A stretch of 64,000 nucleotides of DNA from the NCBI GenBank assembly GCA_009838635.1, contig VXRE01000161.1, positions 2,485-66,484 on the forward strand, given 5' to 3'. Within the stretch, counting starts at the first letter, position 1, and each line of letters starts with the position of its first letter. A program made the position numbers and the translations under genes. Positions 46,644 through 56,925 of this stretch are shown one piece after another. A model generated the notes under the pieces. That model saw only the letters and a list, made by a program, of their open reading frames with translations, was not told the DNA's origin and did not search any database. The DNA is from Acidimicrobiia bacterium (GTDB lineage: Bacteria; Actinomycetota; Acidimicrobiia; Spongiisociales; Spongiisociaceae).

Positions 46644-46713
46644 TGGTCAGTTGTCAGTGTAATCCAACATAAACTAGCAACTAGCAACTAGCAACTAGCA
46701 ACTAGCAACTAGT
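46641..46713 (-). repeat. Dispersed intergenic element, copy B: (TAGTTGC)x5 plus one degenerate unit, TGTTGGATTACACTGAC, (NNCTGAC)
   Basis: Read on the minus strand. It fills the whole hup/SCP2 convergent spacer. The first TAG is the SCP2 gene stop codon (46709-46711). Near-identical to copy C. Confidence 0.95.
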
Positions 46714-47098
46714 ACTCCACTTCGAGTCCGGAGACGGCATCCGCGAGGTGATCCAGCGCTCGCTGGTTCAGTAGCAGCTTGGCCACGTTGCCCGAGATGG
46801 CCAGCTTCCCGCCGAAGAAGGCGCTCTGGATCTTCAACGTCCCTTGGGATATGGCCGCCGCCGTGGCGTAGTCAGTCCTCACGGTGAGATCCGCCTGCCC
46901 CAGGGTTCCGATCGCCAGGGAGGCGTCATCGTCGGCCACGTCAAGGTAGTAACGGCCGGCAGCCCCATCGGGGACCTGGTCGATCTCGAACTGGACCGAG
47001 AACTCGATGTCCTCCACGGCGGCACCGAAGCCGGGATGGCCGCGCACGGCCTCCGTCACCCGCTCGGCCCACTCGGCGCTCAGGAACCTAGCCGCCAC
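46709..47098 (-). CDS. SCP2 sterol-binding domain-containing protein
   Basis: FLSAEWAERV..., ..TDYATAAAISQGTLKIQSAFFGGKLAISGNVAKLL.. is typical SCP2. Confidence 0.75.
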   Translation of the reverse strand: MAARFLSAEWAERVTEAVRGHPGFGAAVEDIEFSVQFEIDQVPDGAAGRYYLDVADDDASLAIGTLGQADLTVRTDYATAAAISQGTLKIQSAFFGGKLAISGNVAKLLLNQRALDHLADAVSGLEVEY

Positions 47099-47122
47099 GC
47101 CGGCTACCTCCGGGATTCGCCA

Positions 47123-47884
47123 TCACCGCTGCCCTCCCAGCTTTCGGTTGCGTATCTTGGACAGCAGGTAGTCACGGTTCATCAGGGCGATGTTATCCAG
47201 CGAGATCCCCTTGGGACAGGCAGGCTCGCATTCGCCGTGGTTGGAACAGGATCCGAAGTACTCCTCCATGGTCTCCACCATACGCTCGACTCGCATCCAG
47301 CGCTCCGGTTGGCCCTGCGGCAGCAGGTTGAGGTGGGCGACCTTGGCGGCGGTGAAGAGTTGGCCCGCGCCGTTGGGACAAGCGGCCACGCAGGCCCCGC
47401 ATCCGATACATGCCGCCGCGTCCATGGCGGCGTCGGATGTCTCCTTCGGCACCGGCGTCAGGTTGGCCTCAGGCGCAGATCCGGTCGGGGCGCCGATATA
47501 GCCGCCGGCCTCGATGATCCGGTCGAACGCCCCCCGGTCCACCACCAGGTCGCGGACGATCGGGAAGGAGGTAGCCCGCCAGGGCTCGATGACGATGGTG
47601 TCACCATCCGAGAACTCCCGCATGTGGAGCTGGCAGGTGGCGGTGCTCCCCTGGGGTCCGTGCGCCCGGCCGTCGATCATCAGACCGCACGATCCGCAGA
47701 TGCCCTCCCGGCAGTCGTGGTCGAAGGCGATCGGTTCATGACCGGCGGTTACCAGCCGCTCGTTGACAAGGTCGAGCATCTCCAGGAACGACATGTCCTG
47801 GTGGATGCCGGCGGCCTCGTACGTCTCGAACCGGCCCTCCACTCCGGGACCGTCCTGCCGCCATACCCGCAACGTCAGATGCAT
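47123..47884 (-). CDS. sdhB: Succinate dehydrogenase/fumarate reductase iron-sulfur subunit
   Basis: [22 protein letters not shown] and [12 protein letters not shown] cysteine clusters. Confidence 0.9.
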   Translation of the reverse strand: MHLTLRVWRQDGPGVEGRFETYEAAGIHQDMSFLEMLDLVNERLVTAGHEPIAFDHDCREGICGSCGLMIDGRAHGPQGSTATCQLHMREFSDGDTIVIEPWRATSFPIVRDLVVDRGAFDRIIEAGGYIGAPTGSAPEANLTPVPKETSDAAMDAAACIGCGACVAACPNGAGQLFTAAKVAHLNLLPQGQPERWMRVERMVETMEEYFGSCSNHGECEPACPKGISLDNIALMNRDYLLSKIRNRKLGGQR

Positions 47885-47894
47885 CCGGTCCCTC

Positions 47895-49805
<1,911 letters not shown>

Positions 49806-49826
49806 GCGGTAGGTCTCTCCCGCTTC

Positions 49827-50570
49827 CTACGAAACGATGTCCAGGGCGACGCCGACCGGTACGGCCAGGAAGCCGGCCACCACCACCGTGGCGAAGGCGT
49901 GGGCGAATGTCCGGCGGAAACGGTTGAATCGGGGATTGCTGATGCCCAGGCTCTGGAACAGGCTCCACGCCCCGTGCCAGATGTGGAAGGCCAGAGCCAC
50001 CTGAGCCGCCACGTACAGGATCCACACCGGCCAGCGGCTCAGGCTCGCGACCAGGTTGTGGTAGACGGACCCGCGGACGAAATCCGGGTTGACAGCCTCC
50101 ACGCCGATGGTCAGGTCCGCCAGATGCCACGCCAGGAAGAGGAGCACGATTACTCCACTCCAGCGCATCGTCCGGCTGGCGTAACGGGCGGCCAGGTAGT
50201 CCCGCGGTGACTGGTACTTGGTCTCCCTGGCGTCCCGGTTGCTACGGGTCAGCGCCAAGGCGGCGTGGATGTGGATCAGGAAGGCGGCTGCCAGGGGGAT
50301 CCGCAGGAACGCCCACAGCACCATGGTGCGGGGGAAGAGGGGTTCGCCCAGATCGCGCAGGCCCTCGCCGTACTCATCGATGCGGAAGGTGCCTCCATGA
50401 GCGCCCTCGAAGACGTGGAGGTTGCCGATCATGTGGCCCAGCACGAACAACAGGAGGACCACGCCGCTGATCGCCATGGCGTACTTCTTGCCGGTGTCGG
50501 TGCGGTAGATGGACACGATCCAGGGTGCCCGCCGGACCCGCTCGCGTCCGGCTCGCCTCAGGTTGAGCAT
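49827..50570 (-). CDS. sdhC: Succinate dehydrogenase cytochrome b subunit (b558 family)
   Basis: 5-TM protein with conserved His residues, immediately upstream of sdhA in the same operon. Confidence 0.8.
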   Translation of the reverse strand: MLNLRRAGRERVRRAPWIVSIYRTDTGKKYAMAISGVVLLLFVLGHMIGNLHVFEGAHGGTFRIDEYGEGLRDLGEPLFPRTMVLWAFLRIPLAAAFLIHIHAALALTRSNRDARETKYQSPRDYLAARYASRTMRWSGVIVLLFLAWHLADLTIGVEAVNPDFVRGSVYHNLVASLSRWPVWILYVAAQVALAFHIWHGAWSLFQSLGISNPRFNRFRRTFAHAFATVVVAGFLAVPVGVALDIVS

Positions 50571-50691
50571 GTCGCTACCTTACCGGCTCCCCGCCTCCTC
50601 CAATGTGCGCTCGGCGTGCCGTCGCGAGCCTCGTGAGCCGCGGCCGGGCTTGACGTCCGCCGCGGGCACCGGTTATATTACAATGTCGTAA

Positions 50692-51000
50692 TTGCGCGTG
50701 TGTAAGTCGAGGTGGAGGTTGCGACGCGAACTCATTGACGCTCTTGCCGTCGAGCAGGTGGGATGGAAGGAATACGCCAACTGTCTCGGGGCTCATCACG
50801 ACCTCTTCTTCCCGGACCGCGGTGCGTCCACTCGGGCGGCCAAGCAGATCTGTGCCGAATGCCAGGTTCGGGTCGACTGCCTCGAGTATGCCGTGACCAG
50901 GGGGGAGAAGTTCGGCATCTGGGGTGGTCTGTCAGAGCGGGAGCGGAGGAAGATCCGCAAGCAGCGGGCTGCGGAGGCTCTGCAGCGCGCCGTGAGCTGA
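50692..51000 (+). CDS. WhiB family transcriptional regulator
   Basis: C-x(n)-C-x2-C-x5-C (CLGA...CAECQVRVDCLEYA) followed by GIWGG. True start is probably internal to the track ORF. Confidence 0.85.
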   Translation: MRVCKSRWRLRRELIDALAVEQVGWKEYANCLGAHHDLFFPDRGASTRAAKQICAECQVRVDCLEYAVTRGEKFGIWGGLSERERRKIRKQRAAEALQRAVS

Positions 51001-51034
51001 ATATTTCCCAATTCCTCGGGCTCGCAGTTACAGT

Positions 51035-52342
51035 ATGAGGATGACACCTTCCCCTATTGCCTCCCTTGCCCGCAACCGCGCGCTCTGGCTCCTGTGTGCC
51101 TTCGTGCTCGCCCTGGTCGCCTGTTCCGACGATCCCGAGGAAGTCCCGCCCGAGACCACGGCGCCGGATACGACGACGGCGGTAATCCTGGACACGACCA
51201 CGACCGCCGCGGCGCCACAGGTGGATACCACGGCGCCGACCACGACCACCACGGTCCCCGACGAGGAGTTTCCGGGGCCGACCGTTCTTGCCTATCTCGA
51301 GGAGATCCGGAACATCGCGGTAGCCACCGGCCAGGTGGCGCTCGACATGCGAGCGGCCAACAACGACTGGGACAATCGATCGGTGACGGGCGTCAGGTAT
51401 CCCGATACGGAGGCGGCCCTCGTGGCCGTCAGGGACCGGACCCGCCAGCTGCGGGACGCTATCGGGTTGGTGGAGCCACCCAACGAGTTCGGCCTTCCCG
51501 TGGAGCATCAGACGGCTTGGGAGGCCTTGGGCGAGATGGCGGATGCCGCGGTGGAGGCGCTGGCCGGGCTGAGGTCGCCCGATACCGGGGAGCGGCGCCG
51601 GGCCGCGCTCTCCGACTTCATAGTCGCATTCGAGCGCTTCAACGGTGCAGTGAGCCGCATTGTCGACATCATCGACGTGGGCGGAGCCATCGACCTTCCG
51701 ACCATCACGGTGGCGACCACGGTGGCTACCACCACGACCACGACCGCCGCGACGACTGCCACGACTTCCGCAGCTCCCACCACCACGGGCGCCACGACGA
51801 CCACCGTCGCGGCCACCACCACGACCACCTTGTCGGCGGTTGTCGAGCACAGCATCGTGGACAGCGGCGGAGATTCCTCAGACCCGGTCCAGCTCTGGAT
51901 GACCGTCTCCGTCGAGGTCGGCACGACCAAGAAACAGCTGGCGGAGCTGGGAGCCCGGCTGGCTACGGAGTACAGGCTTTCGCGCGATTACCAAGCCCTG
52001 ATTATCCACTTCGTTCGCTTCCCCGAGGGCATTGCGACGCTCGGGAGATGGACCGACGCACCCCACGGCGACTGGGAAAGGGCCGGCGAGGCGACCAAGG
52101 GCGACTACTCCACCCACCAGATCGTCGACGAGACCATCGAGAAGGACTGGTCGCTGCTCCCGACGGACGAGCAGATGGACGTATTCCGCAAGTACAACGA
52201 CTACCGGACGGCGTACCAGATCGAGAGCGGCGTGTCTCCGCCCGACTCGGAGCTGATCCCGCTGGCCGCCGTTGCGCTCGGTCTCGAAGAGGCCGCCATC
52301 GAGGAGGCCATCGACGCGTGGAGCGCGTGGGTGGGCTACTAG
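51035..52342 (+). CDS. Putative lipoprotein with Thr-rich low-complexity linkers
   Basis: Signal peptide with lipobox LALVAC, two poly-Thr/Ala tracts, structured C-terminal domain. No family recognised. Confidence 0.65.
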   Translation: MRMTPSPIASLARNRALWLLCAFVLALVACSDDPEEVPPETTAPDTTTAVILDTTTTAAAPQVDTTAPTTTTTVPDEEFPGPTVLAYLEEIRNIAVATGQVALDMRAANNDWDNRSVTGVRYPDTEAALVAVRDRTRQLRDAIGLVEPPNEFGLPVEHQTAWEALGEMADAAVEALAGLRSPDTGERRRAALSDFIVAFERFNGAVSRIVDIIDVGGAIDLPTITVATTVATTTTTTAATTATTSAAPTTTGATTTTVAATTTTTLSAVVEHSIVDSGGDSSDPVQLWMTVSVEVGTTKKQLAELGARLATEYRLSRDYQALIIHFVRFPEGIATLGRWTDAPHGDWERAGEATKGDYSTHQIVDETIEKDWSLLPTDEQMDVFRKYNDYRTAYQIESGVSPPDSELIPLAAVALGLEEAAIEEAIDAWSAWVGY

Positions 52343-52435
52343 CCACGACGGCGGTGTGCTCGCTACGTCCGGGGCGCTAAGGGTGTTGGCCGGGCTTCGC
52401 TGTTATCATCGGGTCCAAGGGAAGGGAGACTACGG

Positions 52436-52657
52436 ATGATTCCCAAGATCCAAGGTGGCGAGATCATCGTTATTCTCGTGGTAATCCTGCTCCTGTTCGG
52501 CGCCAGGAAGCTTCCGGAACTGGCGCGTTCGCTCGGCAGCTCGGCTCGCGAGTTCCGTAAGGGAATCGAAGAGGGCCGCACCGAGGAGCAGGACGAGGCA
52601 GCACCCACCACGACGATCTCCGACTCCAGCACCACCACTTCCGGCACCGAGACTTAG
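52436..52657 (+). CDS. tatA: Twin-arginine translocase TatA/TatE family subunit
   Basis: GGEIIVILVVILLLFGARKLPELARSLGSSAREFRKG. Confidence 0.9.
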   Translation: MIPKIQGGEIIVILVVILLLFGARKLPELARSLGSSAREFRKGIEEGRTEEQDEAAPTTTISDSSTTTSGTET

Positions 52658-52720
52658 TTGCTAGTTGCTAGTTGCTAGTTGCTAGTTGCTGTTGGATTCC
52701 ACTGACTAGCAGTCGCTGAC
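52655..52720 (+). repeat. Dispersed intergenic element, copy C: (TAGTTGC)x5, TGTTGGATTCCACTGAC, TAGCAGT, CGCTGAC
   Basis: The first TAG (52655-52657) is the tatA stop codon. About 60 nt are nearly identical to the reverse complement of copy B. Confidence 0.95.
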
Positions 52721-52803
52721 GCCCCCAGAGGGCCGTTGGCCGCTTTCCGGTGGCCAGACCGTCAGCGGGGCCAAGCAGGTTTACCGCAGCCCGTTGAGCC
52801 TGA

Positions 52804-53259
52804 TCAGTTCGAAAGGGCGGTCAGGTAGTCCTCGAACTGGCGGGCGACCAGGATCTCCTCCGATCGGATCACGTCGGTCACCCTCCCGTGAGCGTTCAGC
52901 ACGAAGGTGGAGCGCATGGCAGCGCCCAAGGAGTCGTTGAAGACACCGTAGGCCTTGGAAGTCTCCCCGTGTGGCCAGTAGTCGCTCAGCACCGGGTACT
53001 CGATCCCTTCCTGCTTGGCCCACGCGTCGTTGGCGAACCGGGTGTCGCAGGTGATGGCGACCACATTGGATCCGAGTTCTTCCAGCTGTCCGAGGCTCTC
53101 CTGCAGCTCGCAGAGCTCACCCGTGCACACCGAGGTGAACGGGAACGGGATGAATACCAGCAGCGTCTTGTTGCCGCGCAGGGACTCCAGGGTGACCTGC
53201 TCGTTGTTGGTGTCCGGCAGGGAGAACGCCGGTGCGGGCTGTCCTATCTCGATGGTCAT
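52804..53259 (-). CDS. Peroxiredoxin (AhpE/Bcp-like, thioredoxin fold)
   Basis: IGQPAPAFSLPD..., FIPFPFTSVCTGELC. ATG at 53259 with a GAGGAG RBS; the track's longer N-terminus was rejected. Confidence 0.85.
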   Translation of the reverse strand: MTIEIGQPAPAFSLPDTNNEQVTLESLRGNKTLLVFIPFPFTSVCTGELCELQESLGQLEELGSNVVAITCDTRFANDAWAKQEGIEYPVLSDYWPHGETSKAYGVFNDSLGAAMRSTFVLNAHGRVTDVIRSEEILVARQFEDYLTALSN

Positions 53260-53312
53260 GTCACTCCTCGTCGGGTTGAATCCGGGCAATACTATCGGCG
53301 GCTCACGAGCCC

Positions 53313-54407
53313 TCAGCCGGTGAAGGGGTCGTCCAGCAGGACCCTCGCCGCCCATCCGGTCACGTCGTCGAGTTCCCCTGGAGAGGGCAGGTTGTCACCG
53401 CCTTGCCAGATCCTCCGCACCGCTGCCGGGCCCCAGCGCGAACCCACCTCGGCACAGAACTCGGTGCCCCTGCCGTGGACCCCTGCTGACGAGGAGGTCG
53501 GGAGGGTTCCGGCGAACTCGGATCGATCTCCCCGGGTCGCCAGATGTTCGGCCATGGCGGATCGGATGTTCGTGAGGTCCGGGAGCAACCCGGCCGAGGC
53601 TTGTTCGACCAGGTAGGCGCCGTACCCCTCCACCATCGTCATGGCGGTATGAGCTTCCTCCAGCAGCTTCTCGTTCATCCCCCCTCCGAACAGGGCGCTC
53701 ATCCCGCCCGGTTGGCCGAAGGCCTCCTCCAGACGGGCCGGGTCGGTGAGCGCCTCCTGCCAGATACCGAGCGCGCCGGCGTCGAGCTCCATCGAGCTCA
53801 CCACCGATCCGAACAGATCGATCAGGTGGGGCCGCACCCACGGTTGGCCGAGTAGGGCCTCGTGGACCGACTCGTGGAATGCCACCCACAACCTGACCTG
53901 GCGCGGATCGAGTGCGTATTCCGAGGCGAAGCCTTCGATGTTCGGGATATGGAAAGTGAAACCGACCGGCTCGGCTGCCGGCAGCCCGGTGTCGAACGAG
54001 CCGAGCGCCTGCGTGCTGAGCATTCCTGCCAAGGCACCCGCGTTCATACCCAGCAGCGCCGGGCCGAGGGGCTTCATCAGCCCGCCGAGCGGGCCGGATC
54101 CCATCCCGTCCAGGCGGTCCGCCATGGGATCGACCAGGTAGCGGAAGGAGCGGAGGTGAAGCCGGGCCCACTCCTTCCGACCGACCAGGACGGGCTCGAG
54201 GGTCGGATCGGTGGCCAGGCCGGTGGATGCGGGCACCTTCAACTGGACCAAGCGGGCCAGCTCCAGGTATTCGTCTGCGATCCAGGGATCGATGGGCTCG
54301 GGGTCGCCCGAGACATGGCCGGCGAGTTGCTCTGCCAGCGCCCAGTTGACGGGGCCCGGCCGGCTGAGCAGCTTCATGAGCTCGTCGAGGAGGTTGCGAT
54401 CCGTCAT
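53313..54407 (-). CDS. Zinc-dependent metalloprotease (DUF2342 family)
   Basis: HExxH as VAFHESVHEAL. N-terminal NWALAEQLA.. is typical of actinobacterial DUF2342. ATG at 54407. Confidence 0.7.
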   Translation of the reverse strand: MTDRNLLDELMKLLSRPGPVNWALAEQLAGHVSGDPEPIDPWIADEYLELARLVQLKVPASTGLATDPTLEPVLVGRKEWARLHLRSFRYLVDPMADRLDGMGSGPLGGLMKPLGPALLGMNAGALAGMLSTQALGSFDTGLPAAEPVGFTFHIPNIEGFASEYALDPRQVRLWVAFHESVHEALLGQPWVRPHLIDLFGSVVSSMELDAGALGIWQEALTDPARLEEAFGQPGGMSALFGGGMNEKLLEEAHTAMTMVEGYGAYLVEQASAGLLPDLTNIRSAMAEHLATRGDRSEFAGTLPTSSSAGVHGRGTEFCAEVGSRWGPAAVRRIWQGGDNLPSPGELDDVTGWAARVLLDDPFTG

Positions 54408-54523
54408 TGCCGCCCTCCCATACGATGGCTTCGCCGCCATCTCCGAGGCTAGCCGTGTCCCTGCGCAATGGCCTGCCTGCTATCGCAGCACGGTCGTCCG
54501 CTGTTCCCATAGAATCCACTTCC

Positions 54524-54970
54524 ATGGAATCTCCGCATCCGCGGGAGCGGGTTCGACGTCGCGTGAGGGTCTCCGCCCGACCCATCGATCCGCGTGCCCT
54601 GGTCGGCGAGGTGAGCGGCCCGCAGAGCGGGGCCATCGCTCTCTTCCTGGGCACCGTGCGGGATCATTCCCCCGGCAGGCAGGGGATCACCCACCTGGAA
54701 TACGAGGCCTACGAGGCACATGTCGTCGGCCGGATCGAGGAGATCGTGGAAGAGGCCACGGCTCGCTGGCCCATCAACGCGGTGGTGGTCGAGCACCGGG
54801 TCGGTCGAGTTGAGTTGGCCGAGGCATCGGTGGCGGTCGCCGTAGCCTGTGCGCACCGCGCCGAGGCGTTCGAAGCCGCCCGCTACCTGATCGACGAGCT
54901 CAAGTCCCGCGCCCCCATCTGGAAGAAGGAGGTCTGGCCAGGGGGAGAGGCCTGGTCGGCCGGGTCATAG
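54524..54970 (+). CDS. moaE: Molybdopterin synthase catalytic subunit
   Basis: GAIALFLGTVRDHS.., LEYEAYEAH.., AFEAARYLIDELKSRAPIWKKE. ATG at 54524 is preferred. Confidence 0.85.
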   Translation: MESPHPRERVRRRVRVSARPIDPRALVGEVSGPQSGAIALFLGTVRDHSPGRQGITHLEYEAYEAHVVGRIEEIVEEATARWPINAVVVEHRVGRVELAEASVAVAVACAHRAEAFEAARYLIDELKSRAPIWKKEVWPGGEAWSAGS

Positions 54971-54979
54971 CGCATGTTA

Positions 54980-55039
54980 TAGTTGTTAAGTTCTAGTTAC
55001 TATTAACTAGCAACCAGAAACTAGCGACTAGAAACTAAT
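54980..55039 (-). repeat. Degenerate heptamer array (TAGTTNC-like, about 8 units) overlapping the bioY 3' end
   Basis: Minus strand: TAGTTTC TAGTCGC TAGTTTC TGGTTGC TAGTTAA TAGTAAC TAGAACT TAACAAC. The bioY stop is the TAG of unit 3 (55021-55023). Confidence 0.85.
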
Positions 55040-55608
55040 CTCCAGGCGATGGGCGTGGCGCCGGCGGCCAGCAGGATCTTGATGGTGTCGCCGATGAGGA
55101 ACGGGGCCATCCCCTTCTCGACTCCCTCCGCGAGGCCCCACGAGAACGTGTACATGAGCCAGGCTATGCCCAGGGCGTAGATGATGAGGTTGCCGGTCAG
55201 GAAGGTGCCGACCGAGGTGGCCAGGCGGCGATCGTGGCGTTGTTCGGCGAGGTAACCCGTCACGTAGGCCGCCAGAATGAACCCCACCAGGTACCCGCCG
55301 GTAGCTCCGGTGGCCACTTCCCAGCCGCCTGCCCCGCCGGCGTAGAAGGGAAGCCCGATCGCCCCGAGCGCCACGTACAGCAACTGGCTGGCGGCCCCCT
55401 CGCGAGCTCCGAGAACCGCACCGGTCAGGAGCACCGCGAATGTCTGTCCCGTGATCGGAACGGGTGTGAAGCCCAGCTGGATCCGGATCTGGGCACAGGC
55501 CGCGGTCAGCAGGGCGAAGGCCACGACCCGGACGGCGGTGGCGACGCGTGCGTCCATTTTCCCGAGCGGGATGATCCGGGCGGAAAGCACCTCGGGCTGG
55601 TAGCTCAT
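55021..55608 (-). CDS. bioY: Biotin transporter BioY
   Basis: ..LGFTPVPITGQTFAVLLTGAVLG.. and the overall 6-TM pattern. Confidence 0.85.
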   Translation of the reverse strand: MSYQPEVLSARIIPLGKMDARVATAVRVVAFALLTAACAQIRIQLGFTPVPITGQTFAVLLTGAVLGAREGAASQLLYVALGAIGLPFYAGGAGGWEVATGATGGYLVGFILAAYVTGYLAEQRHDRRLATSVGTFLTGNLIIYALGIAWLMYTFSWGLAEGVEKGMAPFLIGDTIKILLAAGATPIAWRLVSSR

Positions 55609-55779
55609 TGATGGGCTCCTTGGTGTTGACTGGGCTTTGGACTCGGTCGGGCCGGGCCGGGTTTCATGACCATCGGAACACGACGGTTGGGTAACCCCTG
55701 TGGACCGGGGCGCGGTGACAGGCTACCGGGTGTGGATGATCCGGTATGCAAGGCCGGTGGGTAATCTCGATCAGGTCCT

Positions 55780-56862
55780 ATGCAAGACCCTCCCGAGACT
55801 TCCCCGAGTCGTGTGGCTCCTGCCGGCCGCGAGGACTCGCCGCAGCCCCGGGACCGCTTCTGGCCGTTGGCCGCGGCGGTCGGGCTGGTCTGTTCGGCCG
55901 TGGCAGCGGGACTCCTGTGGTTCGTCACGGTGCCCTACTACGCGATGTGGCCCGGGCCGATCGGAGAGGTCGTCGACTACGTGACCGTCGAGGACGGTCC
56001 CGCCGTCCATCCGTTGAACGGGGATCTCTATCTGTTGACGGTGAGCCTCCAGGAGGTGAACGCGTATGCCCTGGTGGAGGGCTGGCTAGATCCCGGTGTC
56101 GACGTGGTACCGCGAGCTCTGATCCGCCCGGAGGGTGTCACGCCCGAGGAGCATCGGGAGCGGAACCTTCAGATGATGGACGACTCCGTCGACAGCGCCA
56201 TCCTGGCCGCGCTCGACTACCTGGGGGTCCCGGTGGAGCGCGCCGAGGACGGGGTCCTGGTCGTCTCGGTGCTGGAGAGCGGGCCGGCGGTCGGGATCCT
56301 CGAGGCCGGTGATGTGGTCGTGGGGGTGGAACACGCGCCGGTGGGCACCATCCAGGAGGCCACGGACGCCATCGGCTCCCTGAAGATCGGCGATGCCGTG
56401 GTGCTGAGCATCCTGAGGCAGGATGAGCGTTACGACCTCGAGGTCACCCTGGCCGAACATCCGGATGAGTCCGGTCGGCCGATGGTGGGGATCGGACTGG
56501 GCGACTACACACCTCGCGCGGAGTTGCCCTTCGAGATCGACATCGACCGGGCTACCTCCGGGGGTGGTCCGTCGGCGGGCATGATGTATGCCCTGGGCCT
56601 GATCGACCTGCTCACGGAAGAGGATCTGGTCCGGGGGAACATCATCGCCGGTACCGGCACCATCTCGTCCGACGGGCATGTGGGGCCGGTAGGAGGGGTC
56701 CGCCAGAAGGTCATCGCCGCCCAGAACGCCGGGGCCCGTTACATCCTGGTGCCGCAGCAGAACTACCCGGATGCGGTGGCGGCCGGGTGGGATGGCGTCG
56801 AGATTCTGGCTGTCTCCTCGATCGAGGAGGCGGTGGAGGCGGTAAGGGCGCTGCCGGTCTGA
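55780..56862 (+). CDS. PDZ domain protein with Lon-like (S16) C-terminal protease domain (YlbL-like)
   Basis: TM anchor, PDZ-like GDVVVGVEHAPV, then GPSAGMMYALGLIDLL...GTGTISSDGHVGPVGGVRQKVIAA. Confidence 0.8.
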   Translation: MQDPPETSPSRVAPAGREDSPQPRDRFWPLAAAVGLVCSAVAAGLLWFVTVPYYAMWPGPIGEVVDYVTVEDGPAVHPLNGDLYLLTVSLQEVNAYALVEGWLDPGVDVVPRALIRPEGVTPEEHRERNLQMMDDSVDSAILAALDYLGVPVERAEDGVLVVSVLESGPAVGILEAGDVVVGVEHAPVGTIQEATDAIGSLKIGDAVVLSILRQDERYDLEVTLAEHPDESGRPMVGIGLGDYTPRAELPFEIDIDRATSGGGPSAGMMYALGLIDLLTEEDLVRGNIIAGTGTISSDGHVGPVGGVRQKVIAAQNAGARYILVPQQNYPDAVAAGWDGVEILAVSSIEEAVEAVRALPV

Positions 56863-56925
56863 TTTCACCCCCGCCACGCGGAACTTATCCCCAAGATGCG
56901 GATCGCGGGGTAGAGTTATCCACAT

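Noticed and set aside
51035-52342. Thr-rich tracts in the lipoprotein, and the Thr/Pro tract in the LytR_C protein at 2280-2400, as nucleotide-level repeats of interest
   Set aside because: These are ordinary low-complexity linker regions (ACC/ACG codon runs) typical of actinobacterial secreted proteins.
55744-55792. Direct repeat TATGCAAG(G/A)CC x2 upstream of or at the PDZ-Lon gene start
   Set aside because: It is short (8-10 nt) and the second copy is simply the start codon region. This is most likely chance or a local duplication with no clear implication.
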